DNA from: Methanoregula sp.
GTDB lineage: Archaea > Halobacteriota > Methanomicrobia > Methanomicrobiales > Methanospirillaceae
Direction: 5' to 3'
DNA length: 55,830 bases
NCBI GenBank assembly: GCA_035256445.1
Contig: DATEXZ010000070.1
Coordinates: forward strand, 1 to 55,830
Below are positions 39,647 through 50,356 of this stretch, in pieces. A model generated the notes under the pieces. That model made no database searches, was not told where the DNA came from, and saw only the letters and a list, made by a program, of their open reading frames with translations. How positions within the stretch are numbered: position 1 is the stretch's first letter; each line of letters opens with the position of its first letter. The position numbers and the translations under genes were made by a program.

Positions 39647-39988
39647 ATGGAAGCACTTGGAATGAACAATGCCAGAATGGAATCAGAGTATCTTGTCAGG
39701 CAGGCTCAGGAAAGAGCAATGGCAGGAGACCATTTTACAGCCGTGAGTTACCTTAAACAGGCACTCGATATGTATTCAAAGAATGCCCATGCACTTACAT
39801 TACTGGGAAATTGCCAGGATTGCCTCGATAATGCCAGACATGCGATCGAATCCTATGACAAAGCACTTCAGATCGATCCTGACGATGCAGAGACCTGGTT
39901 TAACAAAGGGATGAGCCTGAAGAAAATCGGGCAGATCAACGAAGCAGCACAGTGCTTTGAAAAATGTATGGACCTGAACTTCAGGTAA
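39647..39988 (+). CDS. Small TPR protein
   Basis: AIESYDKALQIDPDDAETWFNKGMSL TPR motifs; start uncertain (39647, 39662 or 39677). Confidence 0.85.
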   Translation: MEALGMNNARMESEYLVRQAQERAMAGDHFTAVSYLKQALDMYSKNAHALTLLGNCQDCLDNARHAIESYDKALQIDPDDAETWFNKGMSLKKIGQINEAAQCFEKCMDLNFR

Positions 39989-40369
39989 GATCAATTTACC
40001 ATTTTCAACTTTTGGATTTGTTATCCTGTAACTATTTCATGGATCTGCCGGTATCCTCAGGGATGAGTCCATGAACTGGTAACCTGCCCTGAAAATACCC
40101 TATGGATTGCCTGAGAATAAAAGAATTCGAGGATTGCTGGAGCCAGAACAGCAGAACTTTGCTGCGCGGAGATTCATCAGGTTAAAAAGATCGATATGCC
40201 TCACCGGTCGCTTGTGCATTCTGCAACAATACCCATGTGCATTGTTTATTCCCAGCTACCAGACATTGCCCTCCAACAGCGGCAGGATTATATTATCGGA
40301 TTCCAGAACTTCCATACTTATCCAAAGCATGGATTTCTGCCCGAACTACCGGGCCGGTGCTGATCTGTA

Positions 40370-41365
40370 ATGGAGTACTGCGAGAACATCATGCCAGAAA
40401 TTGTCCGGATCTCAACCCGCGGGATGGTCGCGCTTATTGCCATCCTCCTTTTCTTTTCCGGGGCTGTTGTATCAGGGCAGACGCAGGCATACCTGGGGGA
40501 TGTCGTGACATTGTCGGGGTACTCATATACCGGCAACACCGTCTATCTCTTCATGACCGGACCAAACCTCCCGCCAAATGGCGTAGCGCTGGACAACATC
40601 AACCGCTATGCAGACCAGGGTGGGGCAACCCAGGCAGATGTAGACGGGAACGGTCATTGGGTTTACCTGTGGAATACCGGGGCGCCGGGGCTCGATCCCG
40701 GCAGCTATACTGTCTGGGTCGCCGACGGCCCGGCTGACGTCTCCCGCCTTTCGACGGTTGGTTACCGCACCATCTCCATTATCCTTTCGGAATCCTTCAT
40801 CACTGCAGGGATCAGCGGGGGGTCCGGCCAGCCTCATGAGCCGGTCGAGGCAGGTTCAATGGACCTCAGTTCAATTCCGGACGGGACGTCCGTTGTTGTC
40901 AATAACGTGTATAAGGGAATGACTCCGCTCATCATCAGTGGTCTTGAACCAGGTACCTATAATGTAACTTTCACTCATTTCGGCTACGCGGGACTGTCAA
41001 CACCCGTTACCGTGCAGGCCGGGAGCGTGTCTGAAGTCAACGCGACCCTCGTCATGCTGACCGGGTCTCTTTTTGTCAATACGACGCCAGCAGGTGCCCG
41101 GCTTACACTTGACGCTTCAACAGCTGGAATGTCGCCAGCAACGCTCCCGAATCTCACTCCCGGCAACCACACGTTCAGCGTGGCAAAAGATGGATTTGTC
41201 ACGCAAAATCTGACGGTCCTGGTAACCGCTGATCAGATGGCGACCGTGGATGTCGTGCTGGTCCCTGCCGGTAGCGGGACAAGGGTACCCGGGTTCCTTC
41301 CTTCAACCGTAGCTGCCGGTGTGCTGGTGGCACTGCTGTTTGCCGTAAAAAGCTCACGGAAATAA
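40370..41365 (+). CDS. PEGA-domain surface protein with PGF-CTERM sorting signal
   Basis: Two PEGA-like repeats (S.P.G..V......G.TP...L.PG); C-terminal VPGF...TM...KSSRK. Confidence 0.88.
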   Translation: MEYCENIMPEIVRISTRGMVALIAILLFFSGAVVSGQTQAYLGDVVTLSGYSYTGNTVYLFMTGPNLPPNGVALDNINRYADQGGATQADVDGNGHWVYLWNTGAPGLDPGSYTVWVADGPADVSRLSTVGYRTISIILSESFITAGISGGSGQPHEPVEAGSMDLSSIPDGTSVVVNNVYKGMTPLIISGLEPGTYNVTFTHFGYAGLSTPVTVQAGSVSEVNATLVMLTGSLFVNTTPAGARLTLDASTAGMSPATLPNLTPGNHTFSVAKDGFVTQNLTVLVTADQMATVDVVLVPAGSGTRVPGFLPSTVAAGVLVALLFAVKSSRK

Positions 41366-41585
41366 GAGAACACCACCTGTTGATCTGACCTGAGGTTTCA
41401 CGACCTTTTGTTTTGCCCTGATGCGGGACACCTTCACAGACATAGACTCGCAATCGTGATTCACCGGGGACTATCAAACACAATCTTTTTTAATTCCTGA
41501 TGGGAAGAAAAGAAATAATTAAAAATTCCGGGATTCTACGGAGTCCTCCTCATCCTATAAGAATCCGAAAGATTCTGGAGTAAAA

Positions 41586-42395
41586 ATGACCGTCCTTCTT
41601 AAAACAGTCAGAGAAAAGTCACCATTAACACTGTACCTGGTTATTTCACTGCTGGTAATCCCGGCCCTGCTGATCAGCCCGGTTGCCGCACATCCGCCTT
41701 CTGCCCTTAACCTGACGTACACCTCTTCAACGAGCGAGTTGTCCGTCACTATCACCCATGCTGTCCGCGATCCTGCTGATCACTATATTGACATTGTCGA
41801 GGTGCGTTCAGGGGCTGCGATACTTATTTTAGCGAACTATACAAGCCAGCCAACGGCGGGGACATTTACCTACCTGTATACCGTCCCGGCAAAAAGCGGG
41901 GACCTGCTGGAAGTGAATGCGAGCTGCAATAAGGGTGGATCGCTCACGGAAACGGTCCTGGTGCCTGCCGGGGGAACAGCCGCAGCTCAATCGGGAATCC
42001 CGCCAATTCTTCTACTGCATATGGGACTCATGACCGCAGGCTTCGTCTGCATTGCGACGTCTGCCTTTATCGCACGGTTCCAGAGGAAGTGGACACCGTG
42101 GTTCCGGATGCACAAATTACTCTCTCATATTGGTTCTGCGTTTATTGTCGCAGGTCTCGGGGTTGCGGTGTACATGGTCGGAGCCTCAGGGGGGTCTCAT
42201 TTCCGGAGTCTTCACGGAATCATCGGGGGCGGGTTTGCCCTTGCCCTCGTCATTGTGCTGACGATGGGAATCGGGCGGGCGTACGTGAAACACAACAAGC
42301 CGCTCCTGCGGACCATTCACATCTCTATGGGTTATCTCACCCTTGCCCTGATGGTGATAAACCTGCTTCTCGGGTTGAGCATGGTCTTTGGATAA
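41586..42395 (+). CDS. Secreted His/Cys domain fused to a cytochrome b561-like 4-TM domain
   Basis: Signal peptide ending VAA-HPP; HAV...DHYI and ASCN motifs; four TM helices each with a His (LLHMG, RMHKL, SLHGI, TIHIS). Confidence 0.72.
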   Translation: MTVLLKTVREKSPLTLYLVISLLVIPALLISPVAAHPPSALNLTYTSSTSELSVTITHAVRDPADHYIDIVEVRSGAAILILANYTSQPTAGTFTYLYTVPAKSGDLLEVNASCNKGGSLTETVLVPAGGTAAAQSGIPPILLLHMGLMTAGFVCIATSAFIARFQRKWTPWFRMHKLLSHIGSAFIVAGLGVAVYMVGASGGSHFRSLHGIIGGGFALALVIVLTMGIGRAYVKHNKPLLRTIHISMGYLTLALMVINLLLGLSMVFG

Positions 42396-42569
42396 AGGAG
42401 ATCTCTCTATTTTTAGAAAAATCATCGGAAATATCTGCGTCGCTCAATGGATCTATCACGATGGTTTGATGTGCATGAATTTTACCATCGTCCCCGTCAG
42501 AACAATATTCCGGATTGCCGCCACTCCAGACAACTCCCGGATCTTTATCCCGATGAAGCATGTCAGGAT

Positions 42570-43571
42570 CTAAAACCAGCTCTCCAGCGTCTTCTGCCCG
42601 GCCTTCACGCAAAAATTCTCCAGCGCCTTTTCCACCCGTTCCTCAGAAAAATCATAATCCCCGCAGAGCATTTTCTTGATGCCGGGGATATCGGGACAAT
42701 CCCAGGCAAGGGTATACTCGTCCGTCACGTCCGGGTGCAGGAAGAGATCCATAACGGGTGCAGGGTCAAAGTCCGGCAGTTTCTCATGGATCTTTGCGTC
42801 AAACTCTCCCCGCTGCACAATCTTCAGCCCGGTTTTTGCACCTACCCCTTCTACACCCGGGTTGAAATCTGTCCCGATGAGGATGCCGATCTCGATCAGC
42901 TGCCCGCGGGTCAGTTTAAGCCCGTCGAGCACTTCTGAAAGGACGAGTCGTTCAGGGTTCACGGTGATCTGCCGTCCCCGTATCTTCCGCTTGCCGCTGA
43001 CCGTAAGGTTCCGGACGAGCGTGGGTGCACCGAAAAGGAGGGTATCGTAATCCTGGGAGACTACGTAGCGTGCCTCTCCTTTCGCCGCCAGGTAGGATGC
43101 CTGGGCTTCTCCTTCGCCCGGAGCCTGGATGGTCGGGAGGCCCATGAGCCGGAGCAGCTCCTTTGATGTTTCGATAATGGTGGTGTCGACCTTCGAAGAG
43201 GAGCGGGCCTGCTTGTAGGCCTCGGCCTCATCCCCCCGCTCGATCGCTTCCTTCCATTTCTCACCGGCCTCGGCCCTGACCTTCCTGCGGCCGTCAACCG
43301 TCTCCTGCTTGAGAGCGGCTGGTTTCCCGTCAAAGACAAACACCGGTTTTATCCCCTTCTCCATAAAGTTCGATACCCGGAAGAGGATACCGGAGAGGTG
43401 TGAGGTGATCCGTCCGCGACGGTCCATGAGAGGGGTCCCGTCAGGTTGCCGTATTATCGAGAGGAACTGGTAGAGTGCATTATTTGCATCCACTGCTGCC
43501 ACGCCCGGTAGCGTTTCCCATGTCACCGGTTTCTTGTAGTCCGCGAGGATATCCCGTAATGCGACACCCAT
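42570..43571 (-). CDS. fen: Flap endonuclease 1
   Basis: [34 protein letters not shown]; C-terminal PIP box QKTLESWF. Confidence 0.98.
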   Translation of the reverse strand: MGVALRDILADYKKPVTWETLPGVAAVDANNALYQFLSIIRQPDGTPLMDRRGRITSHLSGILFRVSNFMEKGIKPVFVFDGKPAALKQETVDGRRKVRAEAGEKWKEAIERGDEAEAYKQARSSSKVDTTIIETSKELLRLMGLPTIQAPGEGEAQASYLAAKGEARYVVSQDYDTLLFGAPTLVRNLTVSGKRKIRGRQITVNPERLVLSEVLDGLKLTRGQLIEIGILIGTDFNPGVEGVGAKTGLKIVQRGEFDAKIHEKLPDFDPAPVMDLFLHPDVTDEYTLAWDCPDIPGIKKMLCGDYDFSEERVEKALENFCVKAGQKTLESWF

Positions 43572-43599
43572 GATAATTCACGTGCGTAAAAAAAAATTA

Positions 43600-43914
43600 T
43601 CAGCGGTACATGCGCTTGGAATATTCCCCGACAAGCTCATCCAGGTGCGTGATCGCCATATCGTATTTCTCTGCCATGCGGCTGGAGACATCTTCCAGAT
43701 TATTGCGTAATATGCGCTCCCGGATTACGATGCTCCTTTCAAGGTGGCGCATCTTGACCTGGAGCGAGAGGAACAGCCCGCCAAGCGAGAGCATCATAAG
43801 ACTTGCAGCGATAGCGATGGTAAGATCCTGCCAGAACCGGTTGATGAGCACGAGTGTGGAGACGATCATAACCACGGTAAGCAGGATATCAAATAAGTAC
43901 TCACGAATGTCCAT
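43600..43914 (-). CDS. Small 2-TM/coiled-coil hypothetical protein
   Basis: Two TM helices followed by a coiled coil; lies upstream of fen on the same strand. Confidence 0.72.
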   Translation of the reverse strand: MDIREYLFDILLTVVMIVSTLVLINRFWQDLTIAIAASLMMLSLGGLFLSLQVKMRHLERSIVIRERILRNNLEDVSSRMAEKYDMAITHLDELVGEYSKRMYR

Positions 43915-43971
43915 GCTTTTAGATATTGAGAGCACAGTAATTAATCTAACTACATAACCTGGAGACGCATA

Positions 43972-44865
43972 ATGGATATAAAACGAGTAATCCCTTTCCT
44001 GGTGATGCCGCTCCTGCTCCTTGCCGTGGAAATCGGGTCAATCCTGATCTCTCTTCCCGTGCAGGCTGCGGGAATCACCGCATTCGAGGATCCGACATCA
44101 CTGGCAAACCCGTTCATCTTTATTGCGATCCTGCTGGTATTCACCGGATTTTTACTGTTGTTAATAAAATACGGGAAAAAAAGCTGGATTGCAGCGATCA
44201 TAGCGATCTCCATTTTCCTCACCTTCGTTTACATTTTTTCGGCTCTCGTGAATGTGGTAACAGCAGATCCCAATCTTGCGGTGGCCCTGGTAATAGTCCT
44301 CTCCCTCCTTGCAATCGTTCTCCTGTACAAATATCCTGAATGGTACGTGATCGATGGTCTTGGTATCCTGATCGCCGCAGGTGTTGCAGCGATCTTCGGG
44401 TCCTCTCTTGAATATTATCTGGTCATTGTCCTGCTCGTGCTTCTCGCGGTCTATGATGCGATCTCGGTCTACAAGACAAAGCACATGATTACCCTCGCTG
44501 AAGGGGTGATCGATCTGAAAACCCCCATCCTTTTTGTTATCCCTAAGCGCCGCGACTATTCCTTTATCCGGGACGGGATCGGGAAACTGGATGATGGAGG
44601 GGAGCGGGCAGCTTTCATCATCGGTATGGGAGATATGATCATGCCTTCCATACTGGTAGTCTCCGCGAATGTTTTTTTACAGGGCTGGCGGCTTTTTGGC
44701 ATTGTCAACCTCCCGGCGCTGGGAGCAATGCTGGGTTCCCTTGCCGGTCTTGCCGTCCTGCTTTCATATGTCGGATCAGGAAAGCCCCAGGCCGGACTGC
44801 CACCTTTAAACGGTGGTACTATACTTGGGTTTCTGGCAGGCTGGGCGCTGGCCGGTTTTTTGTAA
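43972..44865 (+). CDS. Presenilin-family intramembrane aspartyl protease
   Basis: YDAISV..TKHM, GMGD and QAGLPPLN motifs. Confidence 0.93.
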   Translation: MDIKRVIPFLVMPLLLLAVEIGSILISLPVQAAGITAFEDPTSLANPFIFIAILLVFTGFLLLLIKYGKKSWIAAIIAISIFLTFVYIFSALVNVVTADPNLAVALVIVLSLLAIVLLYKYPEWYVIDGLGILIAAGVAAIFGSSLEYYLVIVLLVLLAVYDAISVYKTKHMITLAEGVIDLKTPILFVIPKRRDYSFIRDGIGKLDDGGERAAFIIGMGDMIMPSILVVSANVFLQGWRLFGIVNLPALGAMLGSLAGLAVLLSYVGSGKPQAGLPPLNGGTILGFLAGWALAGFL

Positions 44866-45790
44866 CTGCAGGTTTATGGGAAAGGAGGGCAGCGAGGACC
44901 TCTTCAATTCCCTCCCCCTTTTCGGTCGACATGGAAAGGTAACCCTCCGCAACCTGGAGATCGGATTTATTTGCCACGACAATAAGCGGCACGTCGATCA
45001 TTTCTCTTACTTCCCCGAGCAGGTTGAGCTGGACTTCCATCGGGTACCCACAGTGCTCTGACGGATCGAGAATAAAAAGTACAATATCGGCGACGTTAAT
45101 CATTGCTGATAGTGCCTGTTTTTCTATTGCATTCCGCTGTTCTGCCGGTCGATCGAGAATACCCGGCGTATCGACAAACTGGATCCGTTCCCTTCCCAGT
45201 TTACGGTGTCCGACAATGATGCCCTTTGTAGTGAACGGGTACGACGCCACTTCCGGAACTGCAGAAGAAACCTGGCGGATGAACGAAGATTTGCCGACAT
45301 TGGGGTACCCCGCGATGACTATCGTGCAGGCGTCTTCCACATGGGGAAGTTTCCTCAGGACATTCCGGACCTCGTTTAAGAATCGCAGGTCCTTGTCTAT
45401 CTGGTGCACCATGGAGGCAAGGCGGGCGACCGTTCTTTTGCGTACGATGGTTGTATCATCCGATTTCCGTGACTGGACGGCAAGCTGGTTTCCCACCATT
45501 TTTGTGTGTTTTGCCGCCCAGCCAACTGCACCCAGTGACTGTTTTATCCGGTCCATGCCAAAGAGGATATCTGCCATCTCCCGGTAAAAACGCGGGATCT
45601 GGTCAAATTCGGGGAATCCGCGGATGATATACACCAGCCGGTCATGGATGGCCGCGCCAACTGCCCGCACAAACTCTTCATTAGCGCGATCTTTGTTGGT
45701 CTTTTCCTTCATTTTCTTTGCCGCACGGCGAAAGCTCCGATCCAGAATTTCATCTGCTGTGGGCACTGTAGGTATATGTTCGAATTCCAC
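44819..45790 (-). CDS. NOG1-family GTPase
   Basis: GYPNVGKSS, YPFTTK, DTPG.LDR, NKSD motifs. Confidence 0.93.
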   Translation of the reverse strand: MEFEHIPTVPTADEILDRSFRRAAKKMKEKTNKDRANEEFVRAVGAAIHDRLVYIIRGFPEFDQIPRFYREMADILFGMDRIKQSLGAVGWAAKHTKMVGNQLAVQSRKSDDTTIVRKRTVARLASMVHQIDKDLRFLNEVRNVLRKLPHVEDACTIVIAGYPNVGKSSFIRQVSSAVPEVASYPFTTKGIIVGHRKLGRERIQFVDTPGILDRPAEQRNAIEKQALSAMINVADIVLFILDPSEHCGYPMEVQLNLLGEVREMIDVPLIVVANKSDLQVAEGYLSMSTEKGEGIEEVLAALLSHKPAVTKNRPAPSLPETQV

Positions 45791-45837
45791 AAATCTCCAA
45801 CCTATTTATATATTGGAGAGTTATACGGTTTATCGTT

Positions 45838-46716
45838 ATGGACCTGTCTCTGATCCAGAAAGATATCCTGATCACCCTGATAACCCTGTATCACCAGCAT
45901 TCTCATTCCATCAAGGGCGAGGATATCGCCGACATGATCCAGCGGAACCCGGGAACTGTGCGCAACCAGATGCAGGCCCTCAAGGCAATCGGACTTGTTG
46001 ACGGAGTCCCCGGTCCGAAAGGGGGCTATATCCCCACTGCACTGGCCTACAAGGAACTCAACCTGAACGTTTCTGAAGGTGATTATGATGTCGGGATCAG
46101 CAGGGACGGGGAACTTATTTCCGGAGCCACGGTACAGGAAATCGATTTTACCACGCTCTGCCACCCTGACATCTGCCATGCAGTGATCAAACTTTTCGGC
46201 AGCGCCAAACTCTTTGAGATCGGCGACCAGATCACGATCGGCCCCACCCCGGTCAACAAACTCCTGATTCGCGGGGAGGTGTTCGGGAAGGACGAATCAA
46301 AGCAACTGCTTCTCATCGCGACATCGGAGATGATATCCCTTCCCAAAAAATCGATAAAAGCATACATGAGCAGCCCGCTCAAGACCCTGAAAAGTACGCA
46401 TACCCTCCATGATGCCGTGGTCCTTTTCAACAGGGATCGGATACATGGGGCTCCAGTTATCGATAACGGAAAACTCGCCGGGATCATCACCATGAGTGAT
46501 ATTGTAAAAGCGGTGGAAAAGGAGATGCCCTTAACAACAAAAGTTGATGCCGTGATGACCACGGATGTTGTTGAAGTGCCATCGGACACAAAACTCTTTG
46601 AGGTTATCCGCAGGTTCAAGGAACTGAAGATAGGGCGGCTTATTGTTGTCGATGACGGGAAACCTGTCGGGATCCTTACCCAGTCGGATATTATCAAGGT
46701 ATTCCCCTCTTTATGA
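45838..46716 (+). CDS. HTH plus tandem CBS domain regulator
   Basis: RNPGTVRNQMQALKAIGLV..VPGPKGGY followed by two CBS domains. Confidence 0.9.
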   Translation: MDLSLIQKDILITLITLYHQHSHSIKGEDIADMIQRNPGTVRNQMQALKAIGLVDGVPGPKGGYIPTALAYKELNLNVSEGDYDVGISRDGELISGATVQEIDFTTLCHPDICHAVIKLFGSAKLFEIGDQITIGPTPVNKLLIRGEVFGKDESKQLLLIATSEMISLPKKSIKAYMSSPLKTLKSTHTLHDAVVLFNRDRIHGAPVIDNGKLAGIITMSDIVKAVEKEMPLTTKVDAVMTTDVVEVPSDTKLFEVIRRFKELKIGRLIVVDDGKPVGILTQSDIIKVFPSL

Positions 46717-46770
46717 ATTCCGGATCGGTAACTATTTTGAGCTGAATTGCGAACGAGAGGATTGAGTACC

Positions 46771-46980
46771 ATGACAGAACTATCACAGGCTGCAGTCGAA
46801 CGTATCATGAAGAACGCCGGAGCTGGCCGGATAAGTGCCGATGCTACAGAAACCCTTGCGGTTTTAATGGAAGAGTATGGTGTGTTCATTACAAAAGAAG
46901 CAAAAAAGATGTCGGATCATGCAGGCAGGAAAACACTGCGTGGATCTGACGTCCGCATAGCCGCTGAAATCTTCAAATAA
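46771..46980 (+). CDS. Archaeal histone
   Basis: ERIMKNAGA.RIS.DA...HAGRKT...D histone fold. Confidence 0.93.
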   Translation: MTELSQAAVERIMKNAGAGRISADATETLAVLMEEYGVFITKEAKKMSDHAGRKTLRGSDVRIAAEIFK

Positions 46981-47057
46981 TTAACTATACGCAAAAAAAC
47001 TCTTTTTTCCCGCCATTTTAGAACACTTTAAATATTTATACGAGTCATAATTTTTTT

Positions 47058-47312
47058 ATGACTCGTGTATTTGCCCGCAGCCTTTCAAGAAAGAAGATCA
47101 TGAGCAATGACGGTAAGCTTATCGGAACCCTGAAAAATATCAGAGTTGATTTTGATTCCGGCCAGGTTCAGGCGATGATCGTCCACCCTGACCAGACCTT
47201 TGTCACTGACGGGTATACCATGGAAGACGACAAACTCCTGGTAATCCCGTTCGAATCGGTAAAGGATATCAAAGACTATATTGTCGTCGACCGCTATCTT
47301 GCCCGGAAATAA
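47058..47312 (+). CDS. PRC-barrel domain protein
   Basis: KKIMSNDGKLIG.L.NI.VD..SG...IPFESVKDIKDYIVV pattern. Confidence 0.88.
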   Translation: MTRVFARSLSRKKIMSNDGKLIGTLKNIRVDFDSGQVQAMIVHPDQTFVTDGYTMEDDKLLVIPFESVKDIKDYIVVDRYLARK

Positions 47313-47992
47313 GAAAAATACCGGGTAATCGCTTCAACAAATCCATTTCCATATTCTTTTTCTGCAATAAATTCAGCCGCTGCCTTTGTATCGGGATGGG
47401 CATTTGCCACGGTAACTCCGATACCCGCCTTCCTGAGCATCTGGATATCATTCACCGAGTCCCCGATGGCAAGGAAATCCGATGGCAGGAGGCCCATCTC
47501 CGGTGCGAGCGCTTCCAGTGCAGTTCCTTTGTCGATGCCGAGTGCCTGCAAATGAATCGCGTACCCGGTATCGATCACTCTGACCCTGTGGTCTTTGAGA
47601 ATTTTCTCCACTTCACCGGCAGGAACTGTGCGGGCAAATGCGAGATCCGTGAAACGGTACGTGGGGCTGAGGAGTACAATCTCTTTTCCCCGGTCCCGGT
47701 AATACGCCTGAACGACCTCCAGCGCTTGTTTGCAGAGAGTCTGGTCTCCCTTGATGTGGAGAGTGCCGGGAAATCCAATCCGGAACACTCCCCCGTTCTC
47801 GGCAATGAATGTCCCGTTAGTCCCTATCGTCCTGCAAAGGGCATCCATGAAGCAGGAAGTATTTCCGCTTGCTAATACTACCTCCACTCCCTCATCGACA
47901 AGTGATCTGATCACTTCGATTGCACCGGTGTTCAACCGGCGGGACGGATCGGTGATCGTCCCGTCAATATCGGTAAGGAGCGCTTTCAGCAC
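47294..47992 (-). CDS. Phosphoglycolate phosphatase (HAD, archaeal type)
   Basis: DIDGTIT, ASGN, AENGG, DKG, GDSVND motifs. Confidence 0.9.
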   Translation of the reverse strand: MLKALLTDIDGTITDPSRRLNTGAIEVIRSLVDEGVEVVLASGNTSCFMDALCRTIGTNGTFIAENGGVFRIGFPGTLHIKGDQTLCKQALEVVQAYYRDRGKEIVLLSPTYRFTDLAFARTVPAGEVEKILKDHRVRVIDTGYAIHLQALGIDKGTALEALAPEMGLLPSDFLAIGDSVNDIQMLRKAGIGVTVANAHPDTKAAAEFIAEKEYGNGFVEAITRYFSYFRAR

Positions 47993-48969
47993 GATTTGAG
48001 ACCTGCTTCCTCAACCATGAACGGAGCTTCGCCTTCGGGAAGATTGGGACTATCGACGAGGCGTGCAATACGTTTACCGCCCTTGCTCTTGCGCAGGTAA
48101 AGCCGGAAGGTTGCAGTATGCCCGACAATGTTGCCCCCGATGGGTTTTGTCGGGTCACCGAAAAAGACTGCCGGGTTGGACATGACCTGGTTGGTCACCA
48201 GTGCAACTGCATTATGCTCATCAATAAGCTTGAAGAGCTCGTGCATGTGACGGTTCAGCTTCTGCTGGCGTGCCGCGAGTGTTCCCCGTCCGGCATATTC
48301 CGCCCTGAAATGAGCGGTGAGTGAATCAATGATAAAGAGTTTGACCGGGCGCTCGCTGTCCTTCAGTTCCGCGGCAAGATCCCGCGAATTGTCCACGAGA
48401 AGCATCTGGTGATCGGAAGTATGTGCCCGGGCAATATGGATGTTATTTAAAAATTCCTGCGGGTCTGCATTATCGATCCCAAGTCCGTGCACCATCTGCT
48501 CAATACGCTCGGGACGGAAGGTATTCTCGGTATCGATATAGATGGCACTGCCGTTAAGTCCTCCCTGGTCTTCTGGCAGCTGGACATTAACTGCCATCTG
48601 GTGGACGATCTGGCTCTTACCGGAACCGAACTCACCATACATCTCGGTGATTGCCTGAGTTTCCAGGCCGCCACCCATCAGGGCATCAAGTTCGGGGACG
48701 CGGAATGACAGTTTCCTTATATCCTTTCGCTGCTCGAAGATATCTTTCCCGGTCTTGAACCCGCCAATATCCGCCGCTTCACGTGCGGCTTTGATGATCT
48801 TTTTTGCTGTTGACTCGGAAATCTCCGAAATTTCGGACAGTTCTGCCGGTGATGCAGTTGCAATACTCTCCACAGACAGGTACCCCGCTTCACGGAGTTT
48901 ATCTGCGGTGCTCGGGCCAACGCCCGGTAAATCTTCAATCTCTAAAGGTCCTTGGGCCATCTCTTGCAC
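47986..48969 (-). CDS. radA: DNA repair and recombination protein RadA
   Basis: N-terminal Hh[34 protein letters not shown] motifs. Confidence 0.98.
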   Translation of the reverse strand: MQEMAQGPLEIEDLPGVGPSTADKLREAGYLSVESIATASPAELSEISEISESTAKKIIKAAREAADIGGFKTGKDIFEQRKDIRKLSFRVPELDALMGGGLETQAITEMYGEFGSGKSQIVHQMAVNVQLPEDQGGLNGSAIYIDTENTFRPERIEQMVHGLGIDNADPQEFLNNIHIARAHTSDHQMLLVDNSRDLAAELKDSERPVKLFIIDSLTAHFRAEYAGRGTLAARQQKLNRHMHELFKLIDEHNAVALVTNQVMSNPAVFFGDPTKPIGGNIVGHTATFRLYLRKSKGGKRIARLVDSPNLPEGEAPFMVEEAGLKSC

Positions 48970-49029
48970 ATCTCCTATGGCACATCAAGATGTTAAACAT
49001 GGACTTATATGCTCTCGGACTGCGCGGGG

Positions 49030-49046
49030 CGAAAGTGTGACTTATA
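49030..49046 (-). promoter_or_regulatory. radA promoter: TATA-like element plus CACTTTC box
   Basis: Minus strand reads tataagtcaCACTTTCg, about 60 nt upstream of the radA start. Confidence 0.55.
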
Positions 49047-50340
49047 CGGCAGGTTCCTTCATAAATCCCTGGAGTTCCTCCAGCAGGGTCTCCGCCCTGA
49101 GTTCAACCGGTTGAATGCATTCGGGTATAATCCGGCTGCCTGAAAGGGTACCGGTTACCCGCATCTCAACCCCGTGCGGAAGATCCCCCTCTATAAGATA
49201 TCGTTCGGTGCCATTATCAATAAAGGTGCACCCCGGCCCTGCAATGATCGTTCCTTCAAAAATGACAGGTTTTACCTCCTTCATGGGAACACAGACAGAA
49301 CTCCCCCTACCGGCACCCAGCTCGATTCCCCCGAAACGGCCGGGTTTTGCTGTCGCATGGTAGACCTCAACCTGGTCACCGGGACTGACAGGAATAAGTG
49401 CTTTTTCCCCCCAGAGTACAACCTTCAGCTCATCTTTCCCGTCACTTACCACGATATTTCTCACCCAGGACTGGGATCCGTTCCGGCTTGTAAAAGACCG
49501 TGGCTCCTTTACTTCCCGCACTTCACCCCTTATTGAATAGATCCCTTCCTCACCGACCGAACACAGCGGAATGAACGGTACCGTGATCACCTGATCGATG
49601 ACCACAACCGAACTCTTCTCATCGAGGCTGTAGGCTCTCCCTGCGCTGCGCCTGTCCGGTTTTGCACCACTGATATGGACAGATGAACCCGGGAGGATAT
49701 CTGCAAACAGTCCCGGTGCCCACGCTACCACCCGGGCGGTGCCCCGTTCATCGCCGATGACAATCTCCATCATCTCGCCGGTCGTACCGTCCCTGCGACT
49801 AAAGGTCCGTATCTCCTCACGTGCGATCAGTACCGCATCAAGATCCACCGGCTCTGCCGAGAGGCTCTCCCCGGCTGCTCCGTTTTTCGGGAGGGAACAG
49901 GAAATCTCGCAGCTGGCCTTGCGCAGGGCAAGAGCGTAGATCTCAGTGGTGCTTTTCCCCGGGTGACGCCCGATAATCTCCAGGACATCTCCGACCGCGA
50001 TATCCACTGCAGCTCCCGCTTTCTCATCCCACAGCACAACCCGCGTGGTCCCGGTCTCGTCTGCCAGCAGCAGAGTAGCAACCCAGCCCTTCTCGCCATC
50101 TTTCCGATCAAATTCCTTTGGTTCAGTCTTGTCCATCACTTTCCCAAAAAAAGAAAAGAGGCTGGATTTCCCTGATAACCCCCGTATTTTCACGTGCTGG
50201 CGACCAAGCTCGCCGATGACCAGCATGGCTGCAGTCGGCTCGTCAACGAGGTCCCCGCACTCTTCGATCTTTGTTTCCACGCGCCGTTCGAACTCTTCCT
50301 TTGTTATGAGGTCATCGACCAGTGCGTAGTGGAACAGCAC
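49042..50340 (-). CDS. Replication protein A-like multi-OB-fold protein
   Basis: Three OB folds (F.R.DG..G...DETG..RVVLW; DERGTARVVAW; SDG..ELKVVLWGE); GTG start at 50340 after AGGAGG. Confidence 0.88.
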   Translation of the reverse strand: MLFHYALVDDLITKEEFERRVETKIEECGDLVDEPTAAMLVIGELGRQHVKIRGLSGKSSLFSFFGKVMDKTEPKEFDRKDGEKGWVATLLLADETGTTRVVLWDEKAGAAVDIAVGDVLEIIGRHPGKSTTEIYALALRKASCEISCSLPKNGAAGESLSAEPVDLDAVLIAREEIRTFSRRDGTTGEMMEIVIGDERGTARVVAWAPGLFADILPGSSVHISGAKPDRRSAGRAYSLDEKSSVVVIDQVITVPFIPLCSVGEEGIYSIRGEVREVKEPRSFTSRNGSQSWVRNIVVSDGKDELKVVLWGEKALIPVSPGDQVEVYHATAKPGRFGGIELGAGRGSSVCVPMKEVKPVIFEGTIIAGPGCTFIDNGTERYLIEGDLPHGVEMRVTGTLSGSRIIPECIQPVELRAETLLEELQGFMKEPAV

Positions 50341-50356
50341 AGGCTTCAGCGCCTCC

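Noticed and set aside
44819-44865. Convergent 3' overlaps (presenilin/NOG1; also PRC-barrel/phosphatase at 47294-47312)
   Set aside because: Short convergent overlaps are common in compact archaeal genomes.
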